Source: Gammaproteobacteria bacterium
GTDB lineage: Bacteria > Pseudomonadota > Gammaproteobacteria > SZUA-140
Reading direction: 5' to 3'
NCBI GenBank assembly: GCA_046754065.1
Contig: JBHHVB010000007.1
Location: 6,881 to 70,880, forward strand
DNA: 64,000 nt
Shown here: positions 41,825 to 51,350 of the stretch, in pieces
How the letters are laid out: the number at the start of each line of letters is the position of its first letter
How positions within the stretch are numbered: position 1 is the stretch's first letter
Notes under the pieces: generated by a model
Told to the model about the DNA's origin: nothing
The model's input: the letters and a program-made list of their open reading frames with translations, nothing else
Databases searched by the model: none
Program-made: the position numbers and the translations under genes

Positions 41825-42469
41825 TTATAATTGTGCTGACAGGTATTCGGCTACTGCCTTAATCTCCGCATCAGTCAGTTTTTTCGCAATGTCGGCCATC
41901 ATACCGCCAGGATCATTCGAGCGAGTACCTGCTCTTAAATCGGTCAGATTCTTGATAATGTAATCTCGATGCTGGCCACCAATAACTGGAAACTGAGATA
42001 TCGATGCAGATTTGCCTTTACCTCGTTCGCCATGGCAGTTGATACATCCATAGACGCCGCTTTTAGGATTACCGTTTTTAAAGAGCTTTTCACCCTGGGA
42101 AGCGAGCTTCTTGTTTACCTTCGTCAGTGGTTTTTTGGCCATTTTTTGTTTGGAAAAATAAGCGCCAATATCCTTGGCATCCTGCACACTTGCGACCGTA
42201 GCGGCCATGCCAGCCATCGTATCATTGTTGGCCCTTGCGCCGGTCTGGAATTCTCTAATCTGTTTTACAATATAGGCTTCATATTGTCCAGCCAGGCGAG
42301 GAAAGGTGGCATCTTGACTATTACCATCCACTCCATGGCAACCACCGCACAAAGCAGACTTGGCTTCTCCGGCTGCAGGATCACCAGCTGTTGCTGCAAG
42401 CGCGCCCCCCGCGAACACGATAGAAATCAAGAACCCAATGATAGTAAAACTGTATGAATTTCTGGTCAT
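41825..42469 (-). CDS. Cytochrome c4 (di-haem)
   Basis: Two CxxCH motifs (CGGCHG, CINCHG) and a signal peptide. Start set at ATG 42469 (MTRNSYSF...), which has an AAAAGGA SD. Confidence 0.85.
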   Translation of the reverse strand: MTRNSYSFTIIGFLISIVFAGGALAATAGDPAAGEAKSALCGGCHGVDGNSQDATFPRLAGQYEAYIVKQIREFQTGARANNDTMAGMAATVASVQDAKDIGAYFSKQKMAKKPLTKVNKKLASQGEKLFKNGNPKSGVYGCINCHGERGKGKSASISQFPVIGGQHRDYIIKNLTDLRAGTRSNDPGGMMADIAKKLTDAEIKAVAEYLSAQL

Positions 42470-42924
42470 AAGCAGGATCCTTTTGTTTTTATAATAGCCC
42501 ATCTGATGTTGTAATTTATTTTTTTGGGCCCACATGGTTTAAACAGCATAACCCTATCAATCTCTTAGCAATTCGTCAATCATGCGCTTGAATATTTCGG
42601 CACATTCTGACTCGTTAGCCATGCTGTAGATTCGCCTCCCAACGCCATAAATACCCATACTACCATTAATCCCGCGATAACCCTATCTATTTGACTCGTC
42701 GCGGGTTATTTGATCACCTGAATATTCTATCGGGGTATACAGTCCTTCGTATTCAGCCCCTACTGGCTTTGGGCCAATTTTAACAGTTTGAAATATAGTA
42801 TACGCCTAACATGGACTAAATAAGGGCAATCCGGGCATGGGTCGAGGCAAGCCCGTCATTTTGATATGGTTTCTGGACAACGACCGGAGACGATCTGGCT
42901 GGATACAGTCTAATTAATCAAGGG

Positions 42925-44313
42925 CTAGTAGGCATTCTTACCCACAAATCCTTTTATCAGTGTCATCAATATAATCTTGAAATCTAGCCACAATGACCAG
43001 TTACGAATATAGGCCAAATCATATTCCACCCGTTTTTGCATTTTGTCGAGCGTGTCCGTTTCACCACGCCAACCACTAATCTGAGCCAGCCCGGTTATTC
43101 CTGGTTTGACTTTATGTCTAAGCATATAACCACTTATGAGTTTACGGTATTGTTCATTATGCACAATCGCATGCGGCCTGGGTCCAACAATGGACATACT
43201 ACCCTGTAACACATTAATAAACTGAGGCAATTCATCCAGTGATGTCTTTCTTAAAAATGCGCCTATCGGGGTCACTCTGGGGTCAGATTTCGTCGCCTGC
43301 GCCACATCGATATCATTTTCACAAACCTTCATGGTCCTGAATTTCCATACTTCAATCTTGTTTCCACGCAAACCATACCGGTGTTGTTTAAACAATGCAG
43401 GTCCTGGTGAGGTCACTTTCACTGCAATCGCAATTAACATCATCGGGATAAATGTTACCAGTAAAATGATACATGCCATCACAAAGTCCTCGACCCGCTT
43501 GACCCAACCATCAACACCATAAAATGGCGTCTCAAAGATGTCGACTGTCGGAATATCTCCAACGCTTCCCCAGCTTGCATTCATCAGGTCAGATAAAAAG
43601 AAATCGGGGACCAGACAGACCGACACCGTTGTATCAGACAGTTCTGAGATAATACGCTGTATACGCTTCTCTGCACGCATAGGAAGTGTGATATAGACCA
43701 GATCCAGCCTCCCCTCGCGGGCATCCCTAATCAGGGTTTCCAGATTCCCAATCACCTGAACCGGCTCATTTACCAAAGGACGAGTCCCGGTCACCTTACG
43801 ATCATCATAAAACCCAATTGGGCGTAACCCCATCCAGGGGGCCTCGAGTACTGTGCGCGCCAATTGGGCACCCAGATCTCTTGCACCGACAATCGCAACA
43901 TGACGCATATTTGCACCATGTTCGCGGAGAGAACCCAAAATCATTTGCAGACTTGCTCGCCATACAATGACAGAGAAAGGCGCTACCAGAAACCAGCTTA
44001 AAACGAGGCGTCTTGAAAAATAGGCTGAGGTCTTCGTTGCATACGCCAAAAATAACAGGCCGAGGATCACCGCCATCCAGGCCAGCCAAATACGCACAAC
44101 CTCCTGGCGAATAGTGCCACCTCGCCAGGAACGATATAAATCCCGGGACTGACCGAAGAAAAAGAATAATCCAATCGACCAGGCAACTGCGAGGTTGTAA
44201 TTGTTATCCCATTGAATGCCAAATAATAATGCCAGGAGCCATAAGGATCCGCCGACCACTATCGCGTCGACAATGCGAATGATCGGAGCAAGTTTAGAAT
44301 GTTGCGGTTGCAT
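42925..44313 (-). CDS. Undecaprenyl-phosphate sugar phosphotransferase (WbaP/EPS priming glycosyltransferase family)
   Basis: Multi-TM N-terminus, a CoA-binding-like central domain and a C-terminal bacterial sugar transferase domain (PRPHAIVHNEQY, KPGITGLAQISGWRGETD). Start at ATG 44313 (MQPQHSKL...). Confidence 0.85.
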   Translation of the reverse strand: MQPQHSKLAPIIRIVDAIVVGGSLWLLALLFGIQWDNNYNLAVAWSIGLFFFFGQSRDLYRSWRGGTIRQEVVRIWLAWMAVILGLLFLAYATKTSAYFSRRLVLSWFLVAPFSVIVWRASLQMILGSLREHGANMRHVAIVGARDLGAQLARTVLEAPWMGLRPIGFYDDRKVTGTRPLVNEPVQVIGNLETLIRDAREGRLDLVYITLPMRAEKRIQRIISELSDTTVSVCLVPDFFLSDLMNASWGSVGDIPTVDIFETPFYGVDGWVKRVEDFVMACIILLVTFIPMMLIAIAVKVTSPGPALFKQHRYGLRGNKIEVWKFRTMKVCENDIDVAQATKSDPRVTPIGAFLRKTSLDELPQFINVLQGSMSIVGPRPHAIVHNEQYRKLISGYMLRHKVKPGITGLAQISGWRGETDTLDKMQKRVEYDLAYIRNWSLWLDFKIILMTLIKGFVGKNAY

Positions 44314-44852
44314 AACCCCCCTCAGATTTTGCGAACCCTGTTTTCTCTTGTTTGTCGTAGGTAACCCTGTACTATACAGCATTTTTTATAAATATTTATT
44401 TGGATTTTCTATGCCTTATAAATAGAGTCAACACAACTCTTCCCGAACCACTCTAAATCATGTCTCTATCCGTCCAGAGCTCTGGATAGACTCGTCAGCC
44501 ATTCGGCTTAAGATGACTTTCATCCTACCAATAGCAGTATCCATGCCACCCGAAAGTTACTGGCAAATATCGAAGCGCTAGTTGTTGTATATAATACAAA
44601 AAAAATCAACTTTCGCTTACCAGGACAGTTCATTAAGTAATAAAGGCAGCTCATGAAGTGTTAAAAGTATCGACACTTGCTGTTTGCAATCCAGGCTGTA
44701 AAAAATTACAGAGTTGTCGTATCACGTTAACAATCCCGTCATGTTCACAGGTCTAACGAGTGAACCCGGTTTAATCTACCAGTCGATATGCAGCTCGTTG
44801 TAGCCGCACCAATCAGATATTCTATTGACGACAGTTTATTGCCAAAGAAAGA

Positions 44853-45818
44853 CTAGCCTGCGGACGAGGCACTGCCAATACGATGATGAATCATTGCGAT
44901 ACCAATTGAGACGATAAGGCTTAGAATGAAGACCAGTGAAATGAGATGGTGTGAAGGTGAAATCTGCTTTTCCGGAACGACTGCAGGATCAATGACCTTA
45001 AATGAAAATTCACCCCTGGATTTTGCCAGCATAATGGTTTTTTGTTGCGCCTCAATTAATCGGTAAATTGCTTGCTGTATTTCCACGGAGCTGGTATTTT
45101 CCAACTGATCAGTTAGATATTTTATGCCTGTCTCCGATTCAAGTATTGTTTCCTCACGACGCTTTTCATTGACGCGTTCAACCAGTTTATTAGCCCATTC
45201 GGCCGCAATTTGGGGATCAGTCCAATCGATTGACAGGGTCACCAAACCAGTATTTCTATCCACATTGACTTTACGGATACGACTCGAGAACAAGTCATAT
45301 GCCTCTCGTTCGGTTGGAACCTCTGACAGATTTTTCCATCGCTTGTTATTCTCATCCCAGGCCTCTGAAAACAGTATTGGCATCAGATTTTCGTCTTTAA
45401 TGAATTGATCCGAGAGTTTTCTCGATTTCAATGCCGCAACCGCCTCTGCAGATGAATTATTCTTGAACATCGTATTGATACTGGCCAGGTCCTCAAGTCC
45501 GGAATACTGGGTAAAAAAAGAACCAAAGCCGGTACTCCTATTAGACTCAGTTGGCGCCAATAAAGTTTCAGCCCGATAAACCGGTTCCATCGTAACAAAA
45601 ACGATTGCTGCAACCAGTGAAGCAAGCAAAGAAAATATAAATATAAACGTTTTATATTTTTTAAGTACTTGCCAAATATCCAGCAAGTTTACTTCATCGC
45701 TGTCAGGGATGTTATTATCAGGGATATTCCGAGGTACACGAAAGGGTACTTCTTCCCGCAATCGTGAGACCGGGCTTTCCTCTTTATCTTTATCGACAAC
45801 CTTATACTCGGGAATCAT
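44853..45818 (-). CDS. Wzz/polysaccharide co-polymerase (chain-length determinant) family protein, short form
   Basis: N-terminal Wzz-like segment (EVNLLDIWQVLKKYKTFIFIFSLLASLVAAIVFVTMEPVYRAET) and a C-terminal TM segment. No kinase domain. Confidence 0.75.
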   Translation of the reverse strand: MIPEYKVVDKDKEESPVSRLREEVPFRVPRNIPDNNIPDSDEVNLLDIWQVLKKYKTFIFIFSLLASLVAAIVFVTMEPVYRAETLLAPTESNRSTGFGSFFTQYSGLEDLASINTMFKNNSSAEAVAALKSRKLSDQFIKDENLMPILFSEAWDENNKRWKNLSEVPTEREAYDLFSSRIRKVNVDRNTGLVTLSIDWTDPQIAAEWANKLVERVNEKRREETILESETGIKYLTDQLENTSSVEIQQAIYRLIEAQQKTIMLAKSRGEFSFKVIDPAVVPEKQISPSHHLISLVFILSLIVSIGIAMIHHRIGSASSAG

Positions 45819-45927
45819 AGGAGATACATATCACAGCTCTGCAGGAATGTATACCCACAAGCGAAACATTAACCTGTAACATACATTTGACACGCAAAGT
45901 TTATATAACAACCTCACAAGGACGAAG

Positions 45928-48585
45928 CTAAAAAACGTTGATCGCTTTCAAACTCGCAACCGTGATTGCCAACTGATAAATAACCTGTGAAATATCAGTA
46001 TATAGCTTGAGCTGACTAACCCGATCCACCTTGGGGGGAACCACGATGATATCCCCTGGCCCAATGTCAATCCTTCCACCAAACCAGTTTTGAGTGACGC
46101 TCACTGCACCATTGGCATGTACTACGTAAATTGCACTTTTATTACCGTTTTCATTCACCCCACCACTCAGGCGAAGATAATCTTTCTTTTTATATTTAGC
46201 CTTATAAAGATGAGAGGTTGGATAATACACCTCCCCCAAAACCGTGACCTCTTCATATTTCTGGGGAATATACAATCGATCACCGGGTTGAACCGTTACA
46301 TCCAAATCATCATTTCCGTCTAATATGGCCTTTAGCTCGATGACCATCCTCCCGGTTGCTTTCGCTTTACTAATCTCCTCCAGTAACGTCTCTCCTTCTA
46401 TCAGGGCCTTAGGATCACTCATTTCCTCTGCTTCAGCGATTTTAATATCTCGCTGCAATTGTTTGGTCAGTTTTTTCAACTGTTCCTGTTCACGAAGCCT
46501 GATCGATTCCCTGACAAATATGGCACCATCAACAAATGCGCTTTTAGTGATACCACCAGCCCTTTTCAAAACGGAGGATAATTTTTCGCTTTTTGAAACC
46601 GGATATTTACCCGGAAAAACGATTTCACCTTCAATCTGAACAACGCCAATCTCATTCCAGTTCGGGAGGCGTTTTATCACGACCTGATCATATGGCGACA
46701 GTTGAATATTGGACGCATCGTCTTTCATTACTGCTGCGAGTTCTATATCCAAACGATTGTGCTCACGATACTCATTATCAACGTTTACAAACCTCGTCAA
46801 TTCTGCATTAAGCAGATATGCGCTGTCTAACAAACCACCGGCAGCAAATATCAAATCTCTTATGGTCATTCCTGATGTCAGTGGAAAATCTCCCGAATGG
46901 TGCACCATGCCCTCGATAGATACGACGTGAAGCGGTTTCTCCGGCGTAGCTATCGCACTCGCATTTTCAATCAGTGGTTTTAAATAAGCTCCTCTATCCC
47001 CAAGAATATCAAACACATGAATTTCATCTCCCGATTCCAGTCTTGTATTGTATTCACCCTCTGGGTTTGACCATGCCAACGAAAGATTTGTGCTTACTAA
47101 CTCATAGGCATTGTTCAGCGGGTTTATCCGTCTTATAAGCACATAACGACTGTCCGCATCAATCGCAAGGTCTTGCACCGACTTAATGACGTCCGTCAAA
47201 CGCATATCCTGATGCCATTGAACATTGCCCGGTCTAACCACATAGCCACTAACCTTTACAGTCGCCGCAAAATTATCCAGCACAGAAAACACACGGATAC
47301 TATCACCAGCTTTTAACTCAAATTTGCCAGCATCTTTTGTGGAAAGATCCACGTCCAAAACGACTCTTTCCCTATTATTTTCTATTCTCTTTAGCTGCAC
47401 TCGCCCGATAAATGCATCAGGCATCAAACCACCCGACAGGTTGAAGACCTCACTCAAGGTCTTTTCATTTTTAAGCTCGTATATTGCAGGACGCCGGACT
47501 TTCCCAGAAATTGAAACCTTATTTTTGGCCGGAGGAACGAAAATGACATCCCCGGGTTGAAGCCTTGCGTCCCCACTGGTGTCCCCATCGAGCAAAAGAT
47601 CGTACAAATCCAGTTCAGAGACCAGTGATCCATTTCTCTTAAGCTGTATCTGGCGCAGGCTTCCGATGGTTTTAACACCACCGCTGCTTAACAGCGCATT
47701 GGTCAACGTAGACAAACTACTAACCGTATAGGAACCAGGGTGATTTACCTCGCCCAAAACAAAAACCCGAATGGATCTCAGTTTACCCAGTGTCACCGAC
47801 GCCTTCACGCCGATCAGCTGGCGACTTACTCGTGATTCAATTTCACTTTGTAGCTGTTTAAACTCAAGCCCGGAAACGGATATCGGACCAATACTGGGAA
47901 ATAACAGTTGCCCATCGCGGTTGATTGGCAATTCATACTGAGCATTTTCCTTGCCAAATAGCTGGACAACAACCGTATCACCTGGACCTACGACATAATC
48001 AGTCGGAACCGGAATATTGGTGACAGGCGTAAATGTATCTGGCACTGCCAGAAACAGTTCATAACCGAACTCTTTCAGTTCCTGGTCAATCATCAATAAC
48101 TTCACCTTCACATCCAGACCGGAAAAAACAGGCTCAGCCATTAGTCGTGCGGCAGCTTCTTTTTCACTGAGTCCCGACAAGTGAAAACGGCCAAAATTTG
48201 GTATGTAGATTGTTCCTGACTTATCAAGAACAAATAATTTTTTTTCAGGAAGACGACGCAGGATTTCTTTTAAGTAATCGTCGTCTGTCTCATCGCTGAA
48301 TTGTAAAATAAGGGTATCACCCACATGCATACGCGGGATTCCCGTGTAGTCATCCGCATCCAGCCTGGAGGGGACGATTGATCTTTCTTCTGTATTTTCA
48401 ACTTGTGATTTTTGGTCGCTGATCTGGTGTTGATTAACCAGCATATGATTTTCTGGAGAGTTCGCATATTTTTTTAGCGCTGCAATGTCTTCCTGGGAAA
48501 TGGTCGGCACTTCTGCTAGCCCGATCGGGGCATAACAAATGAAGCCGATAACAGCGAATATATATAATTGCAGGAGTTTAATCAT
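45928..48585 (-). CDS. Polysaccharide export protein, Wza-like with N-terminal extension and multiple SLBB (beta-grasp) domains (885 aa)
   Basis: Signal peptide. Poly_export motif YVVGPGDTVVVQLFGKENAQYELPINRDGQLLFPSIGPISVSGLEFKQLQSEI. Then several repeated GD-x-[IVL]-x-[IV]-P-type SLBB units. Confidence 0.78.
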   Translation of the reverse strand: MIKLLQLYIFAVIGFICYAPIGLAEVPTISQEDIAALKKYANSPENHMLVNQHQISDQKSQVENTEERSIVPSRLDADDYTGIPRMHVGDTLILQFSDETDDDYLKEILRRLPEKKLFVLDKSGTIYIPNFGRFHLSGLSEKEAAARLMAEPVFSGLDVKVKLLMIDQELKEFGYELFLAVPDTFTPVTNIPVPTDYVVGPGDTVVVQLFGKENAQYELPINRDGQLLFPSIGPISVSGLEFKQLQSEIESRVSRQLIGVKASVTLGKLRSIRVFVLGEVNHPGSYTVSSLSTLTNALLSSGGVKTIGSLRQIQLKRNGSLVSELDLYDLLLDGDTSGDARLQPGDVIFVPPAKNKVSISGKVRRPAIYELKNEKTLSEVFNLSGGLMPDAFIGRVQLKRIENNRERVVLDVDLSTKDAGKFELKAGDSIRVFSVLDNFAATVKVSGYVVRPGNVQWHQDMRLTDVIKSVQDLAIDADSRYVLIRRINPLNNAYELVSTNLSLAWSNPEGEYNTRLESGDEIHVFDILGDRGAYLKPLIENASAIATPEKPLHVVSIEGMVHHSGDFPLTSGMTIRDLIFAAGGLLDSAYLLNAELTRFVNVDNEYREHNRLDIELAAVMKDDASNIQLSPYDQVVIKRLPNWNEIGVVQIEGEIVFPGKYPVSKSEKLSSVLKRAGGITKSAFVDGAIFVRESIRLREQEQLKKLTKQLQRDIKIAEAEEMSDPKALIEGETLLEEISKAKATGRMVIELKAILDGNDDLDVTVQPGDRLYIPQKYEEVTVLGEVYYPTSHLYKAKYKKKDYLRLSGGVNENGNKSAIYVVHANGAVSVTQNWFGGRIDIGPGDIIVVPPKVDRVSQLKLYTDISQVIYQLAITVASLKAINVF

Positions 48586-48685
48586 ATGAATTTATAAGGT
48601 AATTCCATTTAATGAATAAGCTTTCATATTGCCACAATATTGGTAACGGTATAGCCTACCTCTTTTCGAAAGCGCTAACAAATCA

Positions 48686-50788
48686 TCAATGATTGAAATC
48701 TGTTAAAAAGCCCTGGTCACGGCTACCAAGCCCCATCGGCCTTTCTATCAGTTGGTACAGGTCTCCAGGTGAAACAACCATTTGACCCACATCACGCGTC
48801 CATGGCGATAGGGACAGAAAAGCGCTTTCATGCGTATCCCTGGTTAGCATCGAACTCAAAGGAACATACATCAATACACCGTGATCCTGGTAAGGGTCTC
48901 CAGGCCTACCTGGCGACGTATTATCGTTTCCGTTAGTATGGGTATACCATGCTCCGACTTCGACACCCGAACGAAAACGCCGCTTCATCTCAATTCGCAT
49001 CCCTTCATCTTTGGCCAAAAAACGTCCGACTTTTGCTGAGAGGGTTATATCATAACGAGAAAACCGGTGATGCAATCCCGCAAATCCAGATATAACTGAA
49101 TAGTCCATCAGGCTAAAGGTATCCCCCGGCCTTCTTTGTTTTAATTGATCCAGAGTTAGATCAAAAGCCCAGCTTCCACCATCTTTTATATATAGTAGCT
49201 GCCCCCCGTAGCCAGCGAACATCGACTCATAATAGCCTGCCGAGGCTCTTGCAAATAACCGCCTATCAATATTCAGGTACTTATTAAGAATCAACCTATC
49301 CAACCTTAACCTGTTGTTTTCACTATTGTACCTGGCAATATCCGTTCTTACGTGGGGCAATAAACTATTTGATTCCTGAGTTACATCGCTCACGTCTTCA
49401 ATCAACGTTAATCGTAATGACGAATCTATAAACAATGAATTACCAATATTTTTGTGAACATCGAGTAGAGAGAAGGTATCATAATGAAATACTCCACTCG
49501 GATCGTTAAAGAAAAACTGCATATTAAATGGTTTAAAGCGGAAGGGGCTATATGCCTGAACATCTCCCGACAAATCCGGTTGATCTGCATCCATTAGAGT
49601 GCGGGACTTCCCCGGATCATCAAAATACAAACCTTCGTCACTATTCTCGACCTTGTTAGTCGAAGACTGAGGATCATAATGATCAAAAGCAACAAGATCG
49701 ATAAGCTCACTGGCATCAACGCCCCGAGCAACCTCTTGGGCAAATCTGGAAGGATCCGTGATTCTATATGTTGCAACTGAAATATCGTTCAGCGTATAGG
49801 TAATCACAATCTCCTCGATTTCCTTCGGAACCAGGTTAACCACCACCTTGGCCGCCCGTCCGACTGCTCTGCTCATCAAGCTTATTCTGTTGTGCGATAA
49901 AGATACGCTAACTTTATGATTAGAGACATTCACAATCACTCGACCAAACCCCCGGCGAACTAGCTCCAAATATAATTTATCCGTTAGATTTACCAATGAT
50001 CTGGAAGTTTTACCTACGGTACCTGGCTCTGACAAACTGGTAAATGATTCAGGTTCATCAATTTTTGGTACAAATTCCTTTTTCATCAGGGGCGCCCCCA
50101 CATAGATATTAAACCCCACTGTATGCGAATTCATTGAAAGCTGCGCACCGTACCAATCGCCAGTATACTCAACGCCGTACCCGAGTTTACGCCTATGATT
50201 TCCTACCTCCGATAACTCTGAATGTGGATCCGTTCTATAGTCATTGGCATCGTACTCCAGAAGGAACGCAAATCGCCTGTTTTTGAACGGCCTGTAACGA
50301 GCCCCACCAAAAAGGCCTTTTATTCGTTCCTTCCCGTATCCGATTGATACATCAAGGGCATTTAACTTTTTGTTCGCAACCACGTACGTGGTTGAAAAAA
50401 GCTGTGTTCCGGTAAAGTCCTGAATACCCACCGCTAACTGAGGCCAATATTTTTTTTCTCCGAATAAAAGTAACTTGGCATCAAATGCCTTGTCCTTTAA
50501 GTCTCCGAATGCGGTATTGGGCCCAAGACCAGGAACATTATCAATCTCGGTATATCGAGCTGATAGTTCCAGATAAGGTAAAACAGTTACGCTGCTCCAC
50601 AGCGCTCGATAGGGTTCAGCCATACTGACTCCTAGCATGAACTGACCATCGCTGCTTAGACGACCATCAGGCATATTGATCAAGCCTGACTGACCAATTA
50701 GCGACGGACCGGCAAAAGCTGAACTTGCATATAAGAAAATGGATACATGAAGTGAACGAAAGAAGCGAAAGCAGGCACTGACCATCAA
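48686..50788 (-). CDS. YjbH/GfcD-family outer-membrane exopolysaccharide protein
   Basis: 700 aa with a signal peptide. N-terminal GQSGLINMPDGRLSSDGQFMLGVS...PYLELSARYTEI resembles the conserved YjbH start (GGvGLlqtPtAR...). Size matches E. coli YjbH/GfcD (~698 aa). Confidence 0.65.
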   Translation of the reverse strand: MMVSACFRFFRSLHVSIFLYASSAFAGPSLIGQSGLINMPDGRLSSDGQFMLGVSMAEPYRALWSSVTVLPYLELSARYTEIDNVPGLGPNTAFGDLKDKAFDAKLLLFGEKKYWPQLAVGIQDFTGTQLFSTTYVVANKKLNALDVSIGYGKERIKGLFGGARYRPFKNRRFAFLLEYDANDYRTDPHSELSEVGNHRRKLGYGVEYTGDWYGAQLSMNSHTVGFNIYVGAPLMKKEFVPKIDEPESFTSLSEPGTVGKTSRSLVNLTDKLYLELVRRGFGRVIVNVSNHKVSVSLSHNRISLMSRAVGRAAKVVVNLVPKEIEEIVITYTLNDISVATYRITDPSRFAQEVARGVDASELIDLVAFDHYDPQSSTNKVENSDEGLYFDDPGKSRTLMDADQPDLSGDVQAYSPFRFKPFNMQFFFNDPSGVFHYDTFSLLDVHKNIGNSLFIDSSLRLTLIEDVSDVTQESNSLLPHVRTDIARYNSENNRLRLDRLILNKYLNIDRRLFARASAGYYESMFAGYGGQLLYIKDGGSWAFDLTLDQLKQRRPGDTFSLMDYSVISGFAGLHHRFSRYDITLSAKVGRFLAKDEGMRIEMKRRFRSGVEVGAWYTHTNGNDNTSPGRPGDPYQDHGVLMYVPLSSMLTRDTHESAFLSLSPWTRDVGQMVVSPGDLYQLIERPMGLGSRDQGFLTDFNH

Positions 50789-50888
50789 TAGAATCGCTTA
50801 TTCATTAGACCGGATAGCGATGCGAAAACAGATCCAATTAAACATTAACCACTTTCAAAGAACCGGCCTGGTTAGAAGCTCCCGGGCT

Positions 50889-51266
50889 CTAATGCTGGGT
50901 TGTTGAACTGCCTCCGCCACCAGCGATAGCACCCAACGTTACAGCTATACCTGCACCAATTGCGATGGCCATTTTAGAAACGCCTGACCCGCTAATTTCT
51001 GGTAGCTTTGTCGCCGGAGGAATCGGCAATTCATCTGACAGTATAGTCGGTTCAGGTTGTATCTCCTCGACGACCGGTTCCCGTTGCGGTTTGACCGTAG
51101 GCTCATCCATCCCAATGGCCGCTGCCATTTGTATTTCTGTTTCGACAGAAGACGGGCGATCCCCGTCAACAAATTGCAGCAGTTCATCAAGAATACCCTC
51201 CGAGTCTGAATAAGCCGGTGCTGTAACAAAAAGGATAGTAATAAGAACTATTCGTTGAATCGCCAC
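50889..51266 (-). CDS. Small secreted Gly/Ala/Ser/Thr-rich protein (YjbE/GfcA-like)
   Basis: Start set to GTG 51266 with a strong AAGGAAGG SD, giving signal peptide (M)AIQRIVLITILFVTAPAYS. The C-terminus AIAIGAGIAVTLGAIAGGGGSSTTQH resembles the low-complexity tails of YjbE/GfcA. Confidence 0.5.
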   Translation of the reverse strand: MAIQRIVLITILFVTAPAYSDSEGILDELLQFVDGDRPSSVETEIQMAAAIGMDEPTVKPQREPVVEEIQPEPTILSDELPIPPATKLPEISGSGVSKMAIAIGAGIAVTLGAIAGGGGSSTTQH

Positions 51267-51350
51267 TGGATTGCCTTCCTTATGCGTCAATTAATGCGGA
51301 CAATTTATTCCACTATTACAATCAAATTCGGGATGTCCTAGACTAAAGTT

